From contig CAZIJC010000008.1 in assembly GCA_964539385.1 (NCBI GenBank), positions 1 through 62,150 of the forward strand: DNA of 62,150 nucleotides. The letters run 5' to 3'. The stretch comes from an uncultured Anaerolineales bacterium (GTDB lineage: Bacteria; Planctomycetota; Phycisphaerae; FEN-1346). Positions 20,278 to 28,700 of this stretch are shown piece after piece. Each line of letters begins with the position of its first letter. The stretch's first letter is position 1. Below the pieces are notes generated by a model. That model had not been told where the DNA came from. It worked only from the letters and a program-made list of their open reading frames with translations, and did no database searches. A program made the position numbers and the translations under genes.

Positions 20278-20450
20278 GAATGCGGAACGCGGAATGCGGA
20301 GTGCGGAATGAACGGCAACAGCAACGGCAACGGCGAGACCCCTCGGCTACGCTCGGGGTGACAGCGTGGCACACGGCTCGCTGACAATGCCGGGGCACGC
20401 CACGGCCTACATAAACAACGCACGGCCGGACAAGACCGGCCGTGGCACGG
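20278..20450. repeat. Heptamer and REP cluster
   Basis: (A/G)TGCGGA iterations, GCAACG iterations, CCCTCGGCTACGCTCGGGGTGACA, CACGGCCGGACAAGACCGGCCGTGGCAC. Confidence 0.7.
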
Positions 20451-20462
20451 GCCCCCCCATTT

Positions 20463-20542
20463 CGCTCCCGGGAACAGTATCGTTTTCTCCTCGCGCTGCT
20501 CGTCCGGGGCATGAAGGACCGTATCCGGTCCCCCGGAAACCG
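20463..20542. repeat. Imperfect palindromic repeat, copy 1
   Basis: CGCTCCCGGGAACAGTATCGTTTTCTCCTCGCGCTGCTCGTCCGGGGCATGAAGGACCGTATCC closely matches 21595-21664. Confidence 0.8.
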
Positions 20543-20604
20543 TGACTGGACAGTTGAAGCGGTGCGTTAAGCCCGGAAGACGACCCCGGAAGACGAGATC
20601 CGGG

Positions 20605-21318
20605 TCAGCGCGTCTTGGCTTCGTCGAGTTTCTCGACAATCTCCTGGCTCAGTTCCAGAGCCAGTTTCATGACGTGCTTCCGCGTGTACTGGTCGAAGAT
20701 CGCGTTGCTGGCCGCGCGCGTCACGACGGCGATGGGTAACAGGGGTATGCCCGGCAGGCCATCGATGACCTTGACCTCTGTGCTGCCAATCGGGGTCAGG
20801 CCGCTCCCCCCGTACACGTGGACTGCCGCCCGGGCCTCTGCCTTGGTCCCCAAGACCACTTGGCCCACGCCCTCGGGGAAGTCCAGTTTGGTGATCTCCA
20901 CGCGGAGCCGCAAGGGTCGGGTTCCCTTGGGTTTCCTCAGGTGGGGTTCGAGTTCCTTCCTCTGCTCGGCGTACTGTTTGGCGTACTGCTGGCGCGTCAT
21001 GGCGGGTTTGACTGGTTTCCCCTGGAGTGTACCGGCCGAGGTGGCGTAGGTCTCGACGTACTGAGCGAATCCCTCAACATCGACCTCGTCGCCCCGCAGC
21101 CACTTTGTGCTGGTCAGAAGTTCCACCTGCAGAAACCCTTTCACGAGTTCGGCCATGTGCTTCATCGGGATGGACGGAGCCAGCCGCACGTCCTCGATGA
21201 TGACCGAGTCGTAGTCCCGTACGCTCGCCGGCTGGCCATTCCTGTCAACAAGCCCTCCACAGCCGCCAGCCACCAGCATGACGCCGATCAGTGACGTGAA
21301 CAGGACCACTCGATGCAT
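20605..21318 (-). CDS. Hypothetical lipoprotein
   Basis: Signal peptide ending VAGGC; globular composition. Confidence 0.75.
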   Translation of the reverse strand: MHRVVLFTSLIGVMLVAGGCGGLVDRNGQPASVRDYDSVIIEDVRLAPSIPMKHMAELVKGFLQVELLTSTKWLRGDEVDVEGFAQYVETYATSAGTLQGKPVKPAMTRQQYAKQYAEQRKELEPHLRKPKGTRPLRLRVEITKLDFPEGVGQVVLGTKAEARAAVHVYGGSGLTPIGSTEVKVIDGLPGIPLLPIAVVTRAASNAIFDQYTRKHVMKLALELSQEIVEKLDEAKTR

Positions 21319-21594
21319 TGCTCATCTGCTTTCGGTTGAACCGGTCTGACACAATGCCCGTATCTGTGGGCCAACAGCCTCAGCCGGGATTTTCCGGATG
21401 GCCTCCGGGGGACGAGGGATTCCGGGAACCGTATCAATCCTGTTCGGCCCGGCCATTGCACCACGGGCCGATGCTGAAGGCAAGCAGTAAACGTTGCGGA
21501 GAGGGATGGAGGTGGGACGCTGTGGCGAGGGCGTTGAGGTGGTTTCGGCGCAACCGCGGCGGGAGACGTGAGCGGCCTTGGGGCTTACGCTTGG

Positions 21595-21688
21595 CGCTCC
21601 CGGGGACAGTATACCGTCTTCTCCTCGCGCTGCTCGTCAGGGCATGAAAAACCGTATCCTGTCCGCAGACACCTGTCCCAGAAACCGG
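21595..21688. repeat. Imperfect palindromic repeat, copy 2
   Basis: Arms GGACAGTATACCGTCTT / AAAACCGTATCCTGTCC around the same core as copy 1. Confidence 0.8.
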
Positions 21689-21829
21689 GCCAACCGGGCG
21701 AGGCGTGACGGCAGGCAGCCTGCCGGGGGAGATCGGACCGGAGCACCCTTGACATGATGGCGGTGATGGGTGTCCGCGGAACTGCCGGAACTGCGGAACG
21801 GTGTTACGCCCGAACGTCACGGATCTGGT

Positions 21830-21883
21830 GCAGCTGACTCTTAATCAGCGGGTCCGGGGACCTGAGTCCCTGGTGGCCCACCA
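21830..21883 (+). pseudogene. 3' two-thirds of tRNA-Lys(CTT); att-site remnant
   Basis: CTGA-CTCTTAA-TCAG anticodon arm, decayed T arm (GGGGACCTGAGTCCC), acceptor 3' strand TGGCCCACCA; no D arm or 5' acceptor strand. Confidence 0.8.
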
Positions 21884-22000
21884 TTGACATACGATGGCGA
21901 GTGATGACAAGTGTTGACAAGTGGCCGACTTGCGGCCACTCGCCTCCCTTTTTCTCCGATCCTCCGATCTTGACAAGTGATGACAGGTGATGACATACGG
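21884..22000. repeat. TGACAAGTG-type 10-bp-period direct repeats (candidate integrase arm sites)
   Basis: ATGACAAGTG TTGACAAGTG (21904-21923) and TTGACAAGTG ATGACAGGTG ATGACATACG (21970-21999). Confidence 0.6.
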
Positions 22001-22249
22001 GGGCAAGTGCGCCCCGCAAATGCGCTGCGCGCGGGAGGCGGCAGTTTGGGATGCAGGGCGGCGTTTGCTGTCCCCGTGGCCCTCCGCTGTCGAGCAGAGA
22101 AGATGCTTGCTGACCTCGCCGTCGGTGGTAGACTCGTCAGAATGGCCGACGGCGGTCGTCGGCCGGAATCCATCCGGGAAATCCCGGTGTAGAGCCCCGC
22201 GACGGTCGCGGGAAGAGACGGTATCCAGGAAACATCGGCTAAGGATGAG

Positions 22250-24409
22250 ATGAATCAACTGTTGAGTGTCATGTTGGCCCTGATGGTTGGGAGTGCTTGC
22301 AGCGGCGCACCGACGAAGGCTGATTTCTACCTGTCCCCTAAAGGCTCCGACGACTGGTCCGGAACATTGCCCGAGCCCGATGCACAGGGGACTGATGGTC
22401 CTTTCGCGACGCTGGAGCGAGCGCGCGACGCAGTTCGGGATTTGAAAAAGAGCAAGTCGACGGACATCGTTGTTGTGGTTCGCGAGGGAGCCTACCAACT
22501 GGAGAAGACCGTTGTGTTCGGTCTGGAGGATTCGGGAGAGGGCGACTCGACCGTCACCTATGCCGCCTATTCCGGCGAGAAGCCTGTGTTCAGTTCGAGT
22601 CGGGAGATCAAAGGCTGGAAAAAGGCGATCGGCGTGCTTCCGGGTCTGCCTAAGGAGGCGCGCGGAGAGGTGTGGACGGCGGACGTTTCCGATCGCTTCT
22701 TCACACTCTATGATGCTGAGGGGCTGCTGCCGCGCGCGCGGTCGGCCGGTTTCATTCCGTTGGAGGGCGGCAGTCGCAACACGCTTCGCTTCCCAGAGGG
22801 CAGATTGAAGAACTGGCCGAATGTGGACGATGTGGAGATTGTTGTCCGTCCGCATCACGCATGGGTTGTCAATATCCTGCCGTTGGTCTCGGTTGACGAG
22901 GAGAAGCAGATCGCCCGCACGTCGATCCCGGCAACTTATGCGATGGATGAGCTCAAGTATTTGAAAGGGACTGAGTCGTGTTGGGTTGAGAATGTGCTGG
23001 AGGCGCTCGATAAGCCGGGCGAGTGGGTTTTGAATACGAAGGAGGCTAGGCTCTACCTGTGGCCGAGAAGCAAGACATCGCCCAAGGGCATCATGGCGCC
23101 CTTGTTGCAAGAATATGTCCGCGTGGAAGGCCATGTTGATGAAAAGGGGCCGAAGGACATTCCTGTGCGCAATCTGTGCTTCCGCGGCCTTGCGTTTGTG
23201 CATGGTGAGCGCGATTCGTTGACGACGGATGATAAAGGTCTTCAACACGATTGGGAGATGCACGACAAGGCCAACGCCATGGTGCGTCTGCGCGGCGCTG
23301 AGAACTGCGTCATCGAGACGTGTCGCTTTGCTCACAGCGGTGGGACTGCGATCCGGGTGGATCTGCATGGGCAGCAGAACCGGATTATCGGTAATCATAT
23401 TGAATATATCGGGGGGACCGGCGTTCTGTTGTGCGGCTACGGTCCGGGAACCAAAGATGTCAACCATCACAATGTGGTCTATAACAACCATATTCATCAT
23501 ACCGGCGCAGTCTATTCGCATTCTCCGGGCGTGTTTGTGTGGCAGAGCGGCGAGAACCGCGTGGCAAACAATCTAATCCACCACACGCCCTACGCAGGGA
23601 TCATCGTTTCCGGCGTCATGACTGGGTTTTTCGGAAAGAGAGGTGGAGGGCGGGAGTTGGCTCGAACGATCCGGTGGCATGAAGTAGGCGGCAAGCCGGG
23701 TGAACGAACGTTGGATCAGGTCAGGCCGTTTCTGCATTCACACGACAATGTCATTGAATACAACGAGATTCACCATGCGATGGAGCAACTCGGCGACGGC
23801 AACGGAATCTACATTCGCGGGGCGGGTGCGGGGAACGTGATCCGCCGCAACTATATTCACCATCTTCTCGCTCCTGTTATTATGCAGTCCGCCATCCGAA
23901 CGGACGGCGGGCAGCGCGATACGCTGATCGCTGAGAATGTGATCTACAAGTGTGTTTCGCACGGCATCACTCTTAAGTTGAATAACCGCGCGGTGAATAA
24001 CATCATCGCCGATCTCATCGAACCCATGCACAGGGGTAAGAAAGCCCCAGTCTGCTTCTTCAAACTGCGCGAAGGGCCGATGACGGGCGGTTCGATCCAG
24101 CGGAACATCCTCTATCATACAGGGAGTCGTGGCGGATTTGTCGATCAAGGCAAGAATCCTCGGCTTCCGGCGGCGTGGGCCAAGGAAGGCGATACGGATT
24201 ACAACATTTACTATTGCGCAGGAGATCCCAAATTGGGTCAGGAAGCGCTTGAGAAGGCGCAGCGCGACGGAATCGACGCCCACAGCCAGGCCGTCGATCC
24301 GCTCTTTGTTGATCCGGAGAATGGCGACTTCAGGTTCAAGCCGGGATCACCCGCGCTGAAAATGGGCATTGTCCCGATTGATCTGTCGAAGGTTGGCCTG
24401 ATGAACTGA
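22250..24409 (+). CDS. Exported right-handed parallel beta-helix protein (GH141/pectin-lyase-like fold)
   Basis: FYLSPKGSDDWSG, GPFATLERARDAVR, VENVLEALDKPGEW, repeated I..N.IHH coils, DPLFVDPENGDFRFKPGSPA. Confidence 0.88.
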   Translation: MNQLLSVMLALMVGSACSGAPTKADFYLSPKGSDDWSGTLPEPDAQGTDGPFATLERARDAVRDLKKSKSTDIVVVVREGAYQLEKTVVFGLEDSGEGDSTVTYAAYSGEKPVFSSSREIKGWKKAIGVLPGLPKEARGEVWTADVSDRFFTLYDAEGLLPRARSAGFIPLEGGSRNTLRFPEGRLKNWPNVDDVEIVVRPHHAWVVNILPLVSVDEEKQIARTSIPATYAMDELKYLKGTESCWVENVLEALDKPGEWVLNTKEARLYLWPRSKTSPKGIMAPLLQEYVRVEGHVDEKGPKDIPVRNLCFRGLAFVHGERDSLTTDDKGLQHDWEMHDKANAMVRLRGAENCVIETCRFAHSGGTAIRVDLHGQQNRIIGNHIEYIGGTGVLLCGYGPGTKDVNHHNVVYNNHIHHTGAVYSHSPGVFVWQSGENRVANNLIHHTPYAGIIVSGVMTGFFGKRGGGRELARTIRWHEVGGKPGERTLDQVRPFLHSHDNVIEYNEIHHAMEQLGDGNGIYIRGAGAGNVIRRNYIHHLLAPVIMQSAIRTDGGQRDTLIAENVIYKCVSHGITLKLNNRAVNNIIADLIEPMHRGKKAPVCFFKLREGPMTGGSIQRNILYHTGSRGGFVDQGKNPRLPAAWAKEGDTDYNIYYCAGDPKLGQEALEKAQRDGIDAHSQAVDPLFVDPENGDFRFKPGSPALKMGIVPIDLSKVGLMN

Positions 24410-24667
24410 GGGGGCTTGGGCTCTGACGCCAGGATCGCGCGAGGTTTCCAATACTGTTTTCTCCTCTTCGGCAGCGGGCGACTGCCGCGCGACGTGATGC
24501 GATTCGGATACGCGCCAAGCACGGCCCGCGCCGACGGTACCATACCGATAACCTAACACGAAAGGTTCTGCGCGTCAAGGTCAACGACGCATGGGGATTC
24601 CAGGACGGTGGGATGGTTGCGCGGGCGTGATGTGCGGGGGTCGTGGGGTCTCCGGATGGTCGAGCAT

Positions 24668-24955
24668 GATTGCCGGGGCGCGCCGCGGCCTACATGGTGG
24701 GGCCACGGTGGGGAAGGTCACCGGGAGGTTGCGCTCCCGGCTCGAGCAGATTGCCGCGGCACGCCGCGGCCTACATGGTGGGCCCACGGTGGGGAAGGTC
24801 ACCGGGAGGTTGCGCTCCCGGCTCGAGCATGATTGCCGGGGCGCGCCGCGGCCTACATGGTGGGCCCACGGTGGGGAAGGTCACCGGGAGGTTGCGCTCC
24901 CGGCTCGAACTGCTGTTTTGAAGCCTGATTGCCGGGGCGCGCCCCGGCTACATGG
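24668..24955. repeat. Tandem array of ~81-82-bp units (3 full, 1 partial)
   Basis: GATTGCCGGGGCGCGCCGCGGCCTACATGGTGGG.CCACGGTGGGGAAGGTCACCGGGAGGTTGCGCTCCCGGCTCGAG at 24668, 24749, 24831; partial at 24927. Confidence 0.9.
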
Positions 24956-25017
24956 GCGTGAAGAGTCGCCGGGGCATGGCCGCGGCGCTACGTGAAGGAA
25001 TTCGGCCGGCCGGCTGC

Positions 25018-25225
25018 CTACCGTTCGATACGCGGGTCGATCCAGACGGCGAACGCCCAGGCATTCGGCCCCGGGCAATCGACCTCAAGCGTGAGGACGC
25101 GCACCCGTCCGATGGAGATGCGGCAGAGCGCCGGTTTCCGCGGTTGCCGGACCGGGCGAGATTGCCAAAGCAGTTTCCCGTCGCCGAGCACCCGAAAGGT
25201 CAGTGGCGAGGAACAGGGCTTCGGG
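25018..25225 (-). pseudogene. C-terminal fragment of an NPCBM/NEW2 carbohydrate-binding domain
   Basis: LTFRVLGDGKLLWQS...ISIGRVRVLTLEVDCPGPNAWAFAVWIDPRI-stop; no credible N-terminus. Confidence 0.65.
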
Positions 25226-25483
25226 GCGGCGGCGCACGCACGGCGTAGTGGTGCACCGCGACGAACGATGCCATGAGCGACCGCGGAATCGGTTCGATGT
25301 GGTAGGTCATCACGCGGCCCCCGGCGCCTCCTCGGGCAACATCGCTTCTGTGCCGCAACCCCCTTGTCTCCCAGAACCTTGCGGCACGCCCCCGGAACCA
25401 GTAGAATCCAAATGTATGAGCGTGTCGGCGTCCGCGCTGCGGTTGGGCCACGCAGCAGGTTCCTTCGTGGAGGCCAGACCACG

Positions 25484-25798
25484 ATGCGCGTCATTGCCTT
25501 GCTGCTGTCGCTGGCAGTGTGTCTTGCCGGGTGCGACCAGAAGCAGGCGGACCCGGAAGAAAAGGTCGTCAACGCGATCCTCAAGTTGGGCGGCACTGTA
25601 GAGAGGGACGAGAAACTCCCTGGCCGGCCAGTCGTCGAGGTTCATCTGGAAGGCCCCAAAGTCACGGACTCCGATCTGAAAAACTTGAAGGAACTCAAGG
25701 GCCTGCAGGAGCTCTGGCTCAGCTACACCCAAATCACGGACGCCGGGCTGAAAGATCTGAAGCAGGCACTGCCCAAAGCAACCATTGACGGTCCTTGA
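25484..25798 (+). CDS. Small lipoprotein with planctomycete-type leucine-rich repeats
   Basis: SD GGAGG; lipobox LAGC; VTDSDLKNLKELKGLQELWLSYTQITDAGLKDLKQALP. Confidence 0.85.
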   Translation: MRVIALLLSLAVCLAGCDQKQADPEEKVVNAILKLGGTVERDEKLPGRPVVEVHLEGPKVTDSDLKNLKELKGLQELWLSYTQITDAGLKDLKQALPKATIDGP

Positions 25799-25914
25799 TC
25801 GCCCATCACGGTCCGGAGCGATAACTGCATCGAGGGGCGCCCTCATGGCGCACCCGTGCTGCAGCCAATGCCGCACGCGATTGGCCGCCGCACTTTGAAC
25901 GAGCAATGCAACGG

Positions 25915-26035
25915 TCATTGCGGCACCCTTTCCGCCTTGCGGCCCGTGAACTGCTCGAACCGCTGGACAACCACGTCGCAGTACAGCGGGTGGAGTTCCA
26001 TCATGTACGCGCGCCGGCCCGTCTGCTTGCAGGAC
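25915..26035 (-). pseudogene. C-terminal remnant of a phage/ICE-type DNA modification methylase
   Basis: CKQTGRRAYMMELHPLYCDVVVQRFEQFTGRKAER-stop is the typical tail of ParB-N6/N4 MTase proteins. Confidence 0.7.
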
Positions 26036-26042
26036 GAGTGCA

Positions 26043-26072
26043 TTGACAGACCGGCACGCATGTTGTTATTTT
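26043..26072 (+). promoter_or_regulatory. sigma70-type promoter, possibly giving a leaderless mRNA
   Basis: TTGACA-18 nt-(TG.)TATTTT ending 7 nt before ATG 26080; no SD. Confidence 0.5.
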
Positions 26073-26079
26073 TTGTGCC

Positions 26080-27459
26080 ATGGAAACCCCGGACACGCCC
26101 TATCCGGCTGCTGAAACCACGTGTGCCGACAAGGACTGCGACCGGCCCGCGTGGCTCTCCTGCCCCAAAGGCTTCTGCCTCTTCCACTCGCCCGACAACG
26201 GACGCCTCGACGCGGCGGCTCGGATCGTCTGGGTGACCGCCCGCGAAATGGCCCAGGCTGGCCATTGTCATTTCAGCGGCTGGCACTTCCCGCCCGATCC
26301 TGACCTTGATCCCGTCTGGCGTCAAGGAGGCTTCTTCGGAGCGACCTTCAGCGGCGGCTACGTATTGTTCGACGGCGCGACCTTCAGCGGGGACGCATGG
26401 TTCAACGGCGCGACGTTCAGCGTGGAGGCACGGTTCGACGGCGCGACGTTCAGCGGGTACGCAGGGTTCGTCCACGCGACGTTCAGCTGGGACGCAAGGT
26501 TCGAGGGCGCGACGTTCAGCGGGGACGCAGCGTTCCGGGACGCGACGTTCAGCGGGGAGACACGGTTCAAGGACGCGAGGTTCAGCGGGTACGCAGCATT
26601 CCGGGACGCGATGTTCAGCGGGTACGCATCGTTCGACGGCGCGACGTTCAGCGGGGACGCATGTTTCGAGCGCGCGACGTTCAGCGGGGAGACACGGTTC
26701 TGGGACGCGACGTTCAGCAGGGACGCATGGTTCGAGGGCGCGACGTTCAGCGGGGGCGCATGGTTCAAGGGCGCGACGTTCAGCGGGGACGCAAGGTTCC
26801 GGGGCGCGACGTTCGAAAAGACCGCGTGGTTTGACCGCACGCAGTTCAATGCTAATACGCTTTTTAGGAGCGCGCACTTCGCGGCGGATGCCGGGTTCAA
26901 TTCCAGCCGGTTTGGCCCAGGCTGCAACATCTTGTTCAACACCAGCCATCCTCGTCCCTTCCGGCGCCCTCGGTACGGTGAGTCGGCATATCGCTTTGCC
27001 AAGCAGGCGGCCCGCGAGCGCGGCGACTATACCGAGGCCGGACGGTACCACTACGCCGAACAGTGCGCCATCGAGGACCGCCGCAAGCACGAGTGGCGTC
27101 GGGAGCATAAGCGCCGGTCGTTCTGGTACTGGCTGGGGCGCCTCCTCTTCGGCCGCGTCGTCTTCGGTTACGGCGAGAAGGTGTCGCATCCGCTCCTTCT
27201 GGGGCTGGCTGTCATCATGGCCTGTGCCCTGGTCTTCGGCTGCATCGATGGGGTCGTGCCCGATCCCGACTCCCCCCGGACCTCGCTTGCCTGGTGGCAG
27301 TACGGCTACTTCAGCGTCGTCACCTTCACCACACTCGGCTATGGCGACTACCAACCGAGGCAGGGATGGCCCCAGGTCCTGGCCGGCGTCGAAGCCGCCC
27401 TCGGCGCGGCCCTGCTGGCCACGTTCGTCGTGTGTCTGACGCGAAAGTACATGCGATAG
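26080..27459 (+). CDS. Pentapeptide-repeat protein fused to a two-TM potassium channel domain
   Basis: About 14-15 repeats of 11 aa (ATFSGDAxFxG); C-terminal GYGE..TM..YFSVVTFTTLGYGD..TM; N-terminal Cys/His cluster. Confidence 0.9.
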   Translation: METPDTPYPAAETTCADKDCDRPAWLSCPKGFCLFHSPDNGRLDAAARIVWVTAREMAQAGHCHFSGWHFPPDPDLDPVWRQGGFFGATFSGGYVLFDGATFSGDAWFNGATFSVEARFDGATFSGYAGFVHATFSWDARFEGATFSGDAAFRDATFSGETRFKDARFSGYAAFRDAMFSGYASFDGATFSGDACFERATFSGETRFWDATFSRDAWFEGATFSGGAWFKGATFSGDARFRGATFEKTAWFDRTQFNANTLFRSAHFAADAGFNSSRFGPGCNILFNTSHPRPFRRPRYGESAYRFAKQAARERGDYTEAGRYHYAEQCAIEDRRKHEWRREHKRRSFWYWLGRLLFGRVVFGYGEKVSHPLLLGLAVIMACALVFGCIDGVVPDPDSPRTSLAWWQYGYFSVVTFTTLGYGDYQPRQGWPQVLAGVEAALGAALLATFVVCLTRKYMR

Positions 27460-27482
27460 AGCAGTTCACGATTGCTTGTAGC
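27457..27482 (+). mobile_element. Isolated left end of a TAGAGCA-type MITE-like element
   Basis: TAGAGCAGTTCACGATTGCTTGTAGC, 24/26 identical to 29594-29619; begins at the TAG stop of the channel gene. Confidence 0.65.
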
Positions 27483-27629
27483 ACATAGCGCGGCGGGTCT
27501 CCCGAGCCGCCGCGCCCGCAGGAGCGGGAAGGTCACCATCCCATCGCGGTCCGTACGGACCGCGCTATGCCCGGGATGACCGTGCCACGCACCAACCGCG
27601 GAGAGAGCCAACAAACGGGTGTTCGGCAG

Positions 27630-27658
27630 TTGACATCCCTGGCTGTGCGGCGCAGAAT
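27630..27658 (+). promoter_or_regulatory. sigma70-type promoter of the R-M operon
   Basis: TTGACA-17 nt-CAGAAT. Confidence 0.55.
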
Positions 27659-27698
27659 GACTTCAGGAGGCTCGGGGCTGGGCTTCAGGCGGGAACTC

Positions 27699-28700
27699 AT
27701 GCAAGACACCGCGCACCAGATCGAGACGGCCGATCTTGACTCGCTGGTTCCTCAAGAACTGAGGCAATTGCAGAATCCGAAGAAGGACTTGCCGCGGATC
27801 GCGAAGGACAGCCGGTTGATGGCAGCCATCGCCGAGGCCGTGCAGCGCGTTCCCACGACACACACCCTCCACTTGGCTGATGCTCGTGATGTGCAGTTCC
27901 TGTCCCGCGAAAGCGTTCACCTTGTTCTCACCTCACCGCCGTACTGGACACTCAAGAAGTACCGTCGAAGTGAAGGGCAACTGGGCTTCGTTGCCGACTA
28001 CGCCCAGTTCCTCAGAGAACTGGACAAGGTGTGGCATAAGTGTTACGGGGCGCTGGTTCCTGGCGGACGGCTGGTCTGTGTCGTCGGTGATGTTTGCCTG
28101 TCCCGACGCAAGAACAATGGCCGTCACACAGTAGTACCTCTGCACGCGTCTATTCAGGAGCACTGCCGGACGATCGGTTACGACAATCTCGCTCCCATTA
28201 TCTGGTACAAGATCGCCAATGCAGCCTACGAAGTGGAGGGTGGCTCCGGCTTCTTGGGCAAACCATACGAACCCAACGCTGTCATCAAGAACGACATCGA
28301 GTTCATCCTCATGGAACGCAAGCCCGGCGGGTACCGCCGACCGACTGTGGCCGCGCGGACCCTTAGCCTGATATCAACCGATAACCACCAGAAGTGGTTC
28401 CAGCAGATCTGGTCAGGCTTAACTGGCGCATCTACGAGGGATCACCCAGCTCCCTTCCCTCTCGAACTTTGCGAGCGGTTGGTGAGAATGTTTAGTTTCG
28501 TCGGCGACACCATCTTGGACCCGTTCATGGGCACGGGTACAACGAACCTGGCGGCCGCAACGTGGGGACGCAACAGCCTGGGCATTGAGGTCGATCCCGC
28601 CTACTTCAAGTTCGCCCACAGGCGCGTTGTGGAGGGCACACGGGGGCTGTTCAGCGGCGCTGCTGTCGAGGCTGTGCGCGTGCACGGACAGAAGTCATGA
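27699..28700 (+). CDS. Beta-class N4-cytosine/N6-adenine DNA methyltransferase
   Basis: Motif IV TSPPY precedes HPAPFP and motif I DPFMGTGTT. Confidence 0.93.
   Translation: MQDTAHQIETADLDSLVPQELRQLQNPKKDLPRIAKDSRLMAAIAEAVQRVPTTHTLHLADARDVQFLSRESVHLVLTSPPYWTLKKYRRSEGQLGFVADYAQFLRELDKVWHKCYGALVPGGRLVCVVGDVCLSRRKNNGRHTVVPLHASIQEHCRTIGYDNLAPIIWYKIANAAYEVEGGSGFLGKPYEPNAVIKNDIEFILMERKPGGYRRPTVAARTLSLISTDNHQKWFQQIWSGLTGASTRDHPAPFPLELCERLVRMFSFVGDTILDPFMGTGTTNLAAATWGRNSLGIEVDPAYFKFAHRRVVEGTRGLFSGAAVEAVRVHGQKS

Noticed and set aside
20463-21688. Classical integron attC sites
   Set aside because: No RYYYAAC/GTTRRRY boxes and no intI in the window; kept only as an unclassified repeat
21830-21883. Functional tRNA-Lys gene
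   Set aside because: No 5' acceptor strand or D arm, and the T loop lacks TTCGA
24668-24955. Possible CRISPR array
   Set aside because: Units are near-identical along their whole length with no unique spacers; no cas genes in the window
26335-26820. 33-bp periodic repeat as a CRISPR array or DGR template
   Set aside because: It is in-frame coding sequence of the pentapeptide protein; no reverse transcriptase or separate template copy
25915-27354. 479-aa minus-strand ORF with CVPAERR repeats
   Set aside because: Antisense shadow of the pentapeptide repeat; only its last ~40 codons (MTase tail) look genuine
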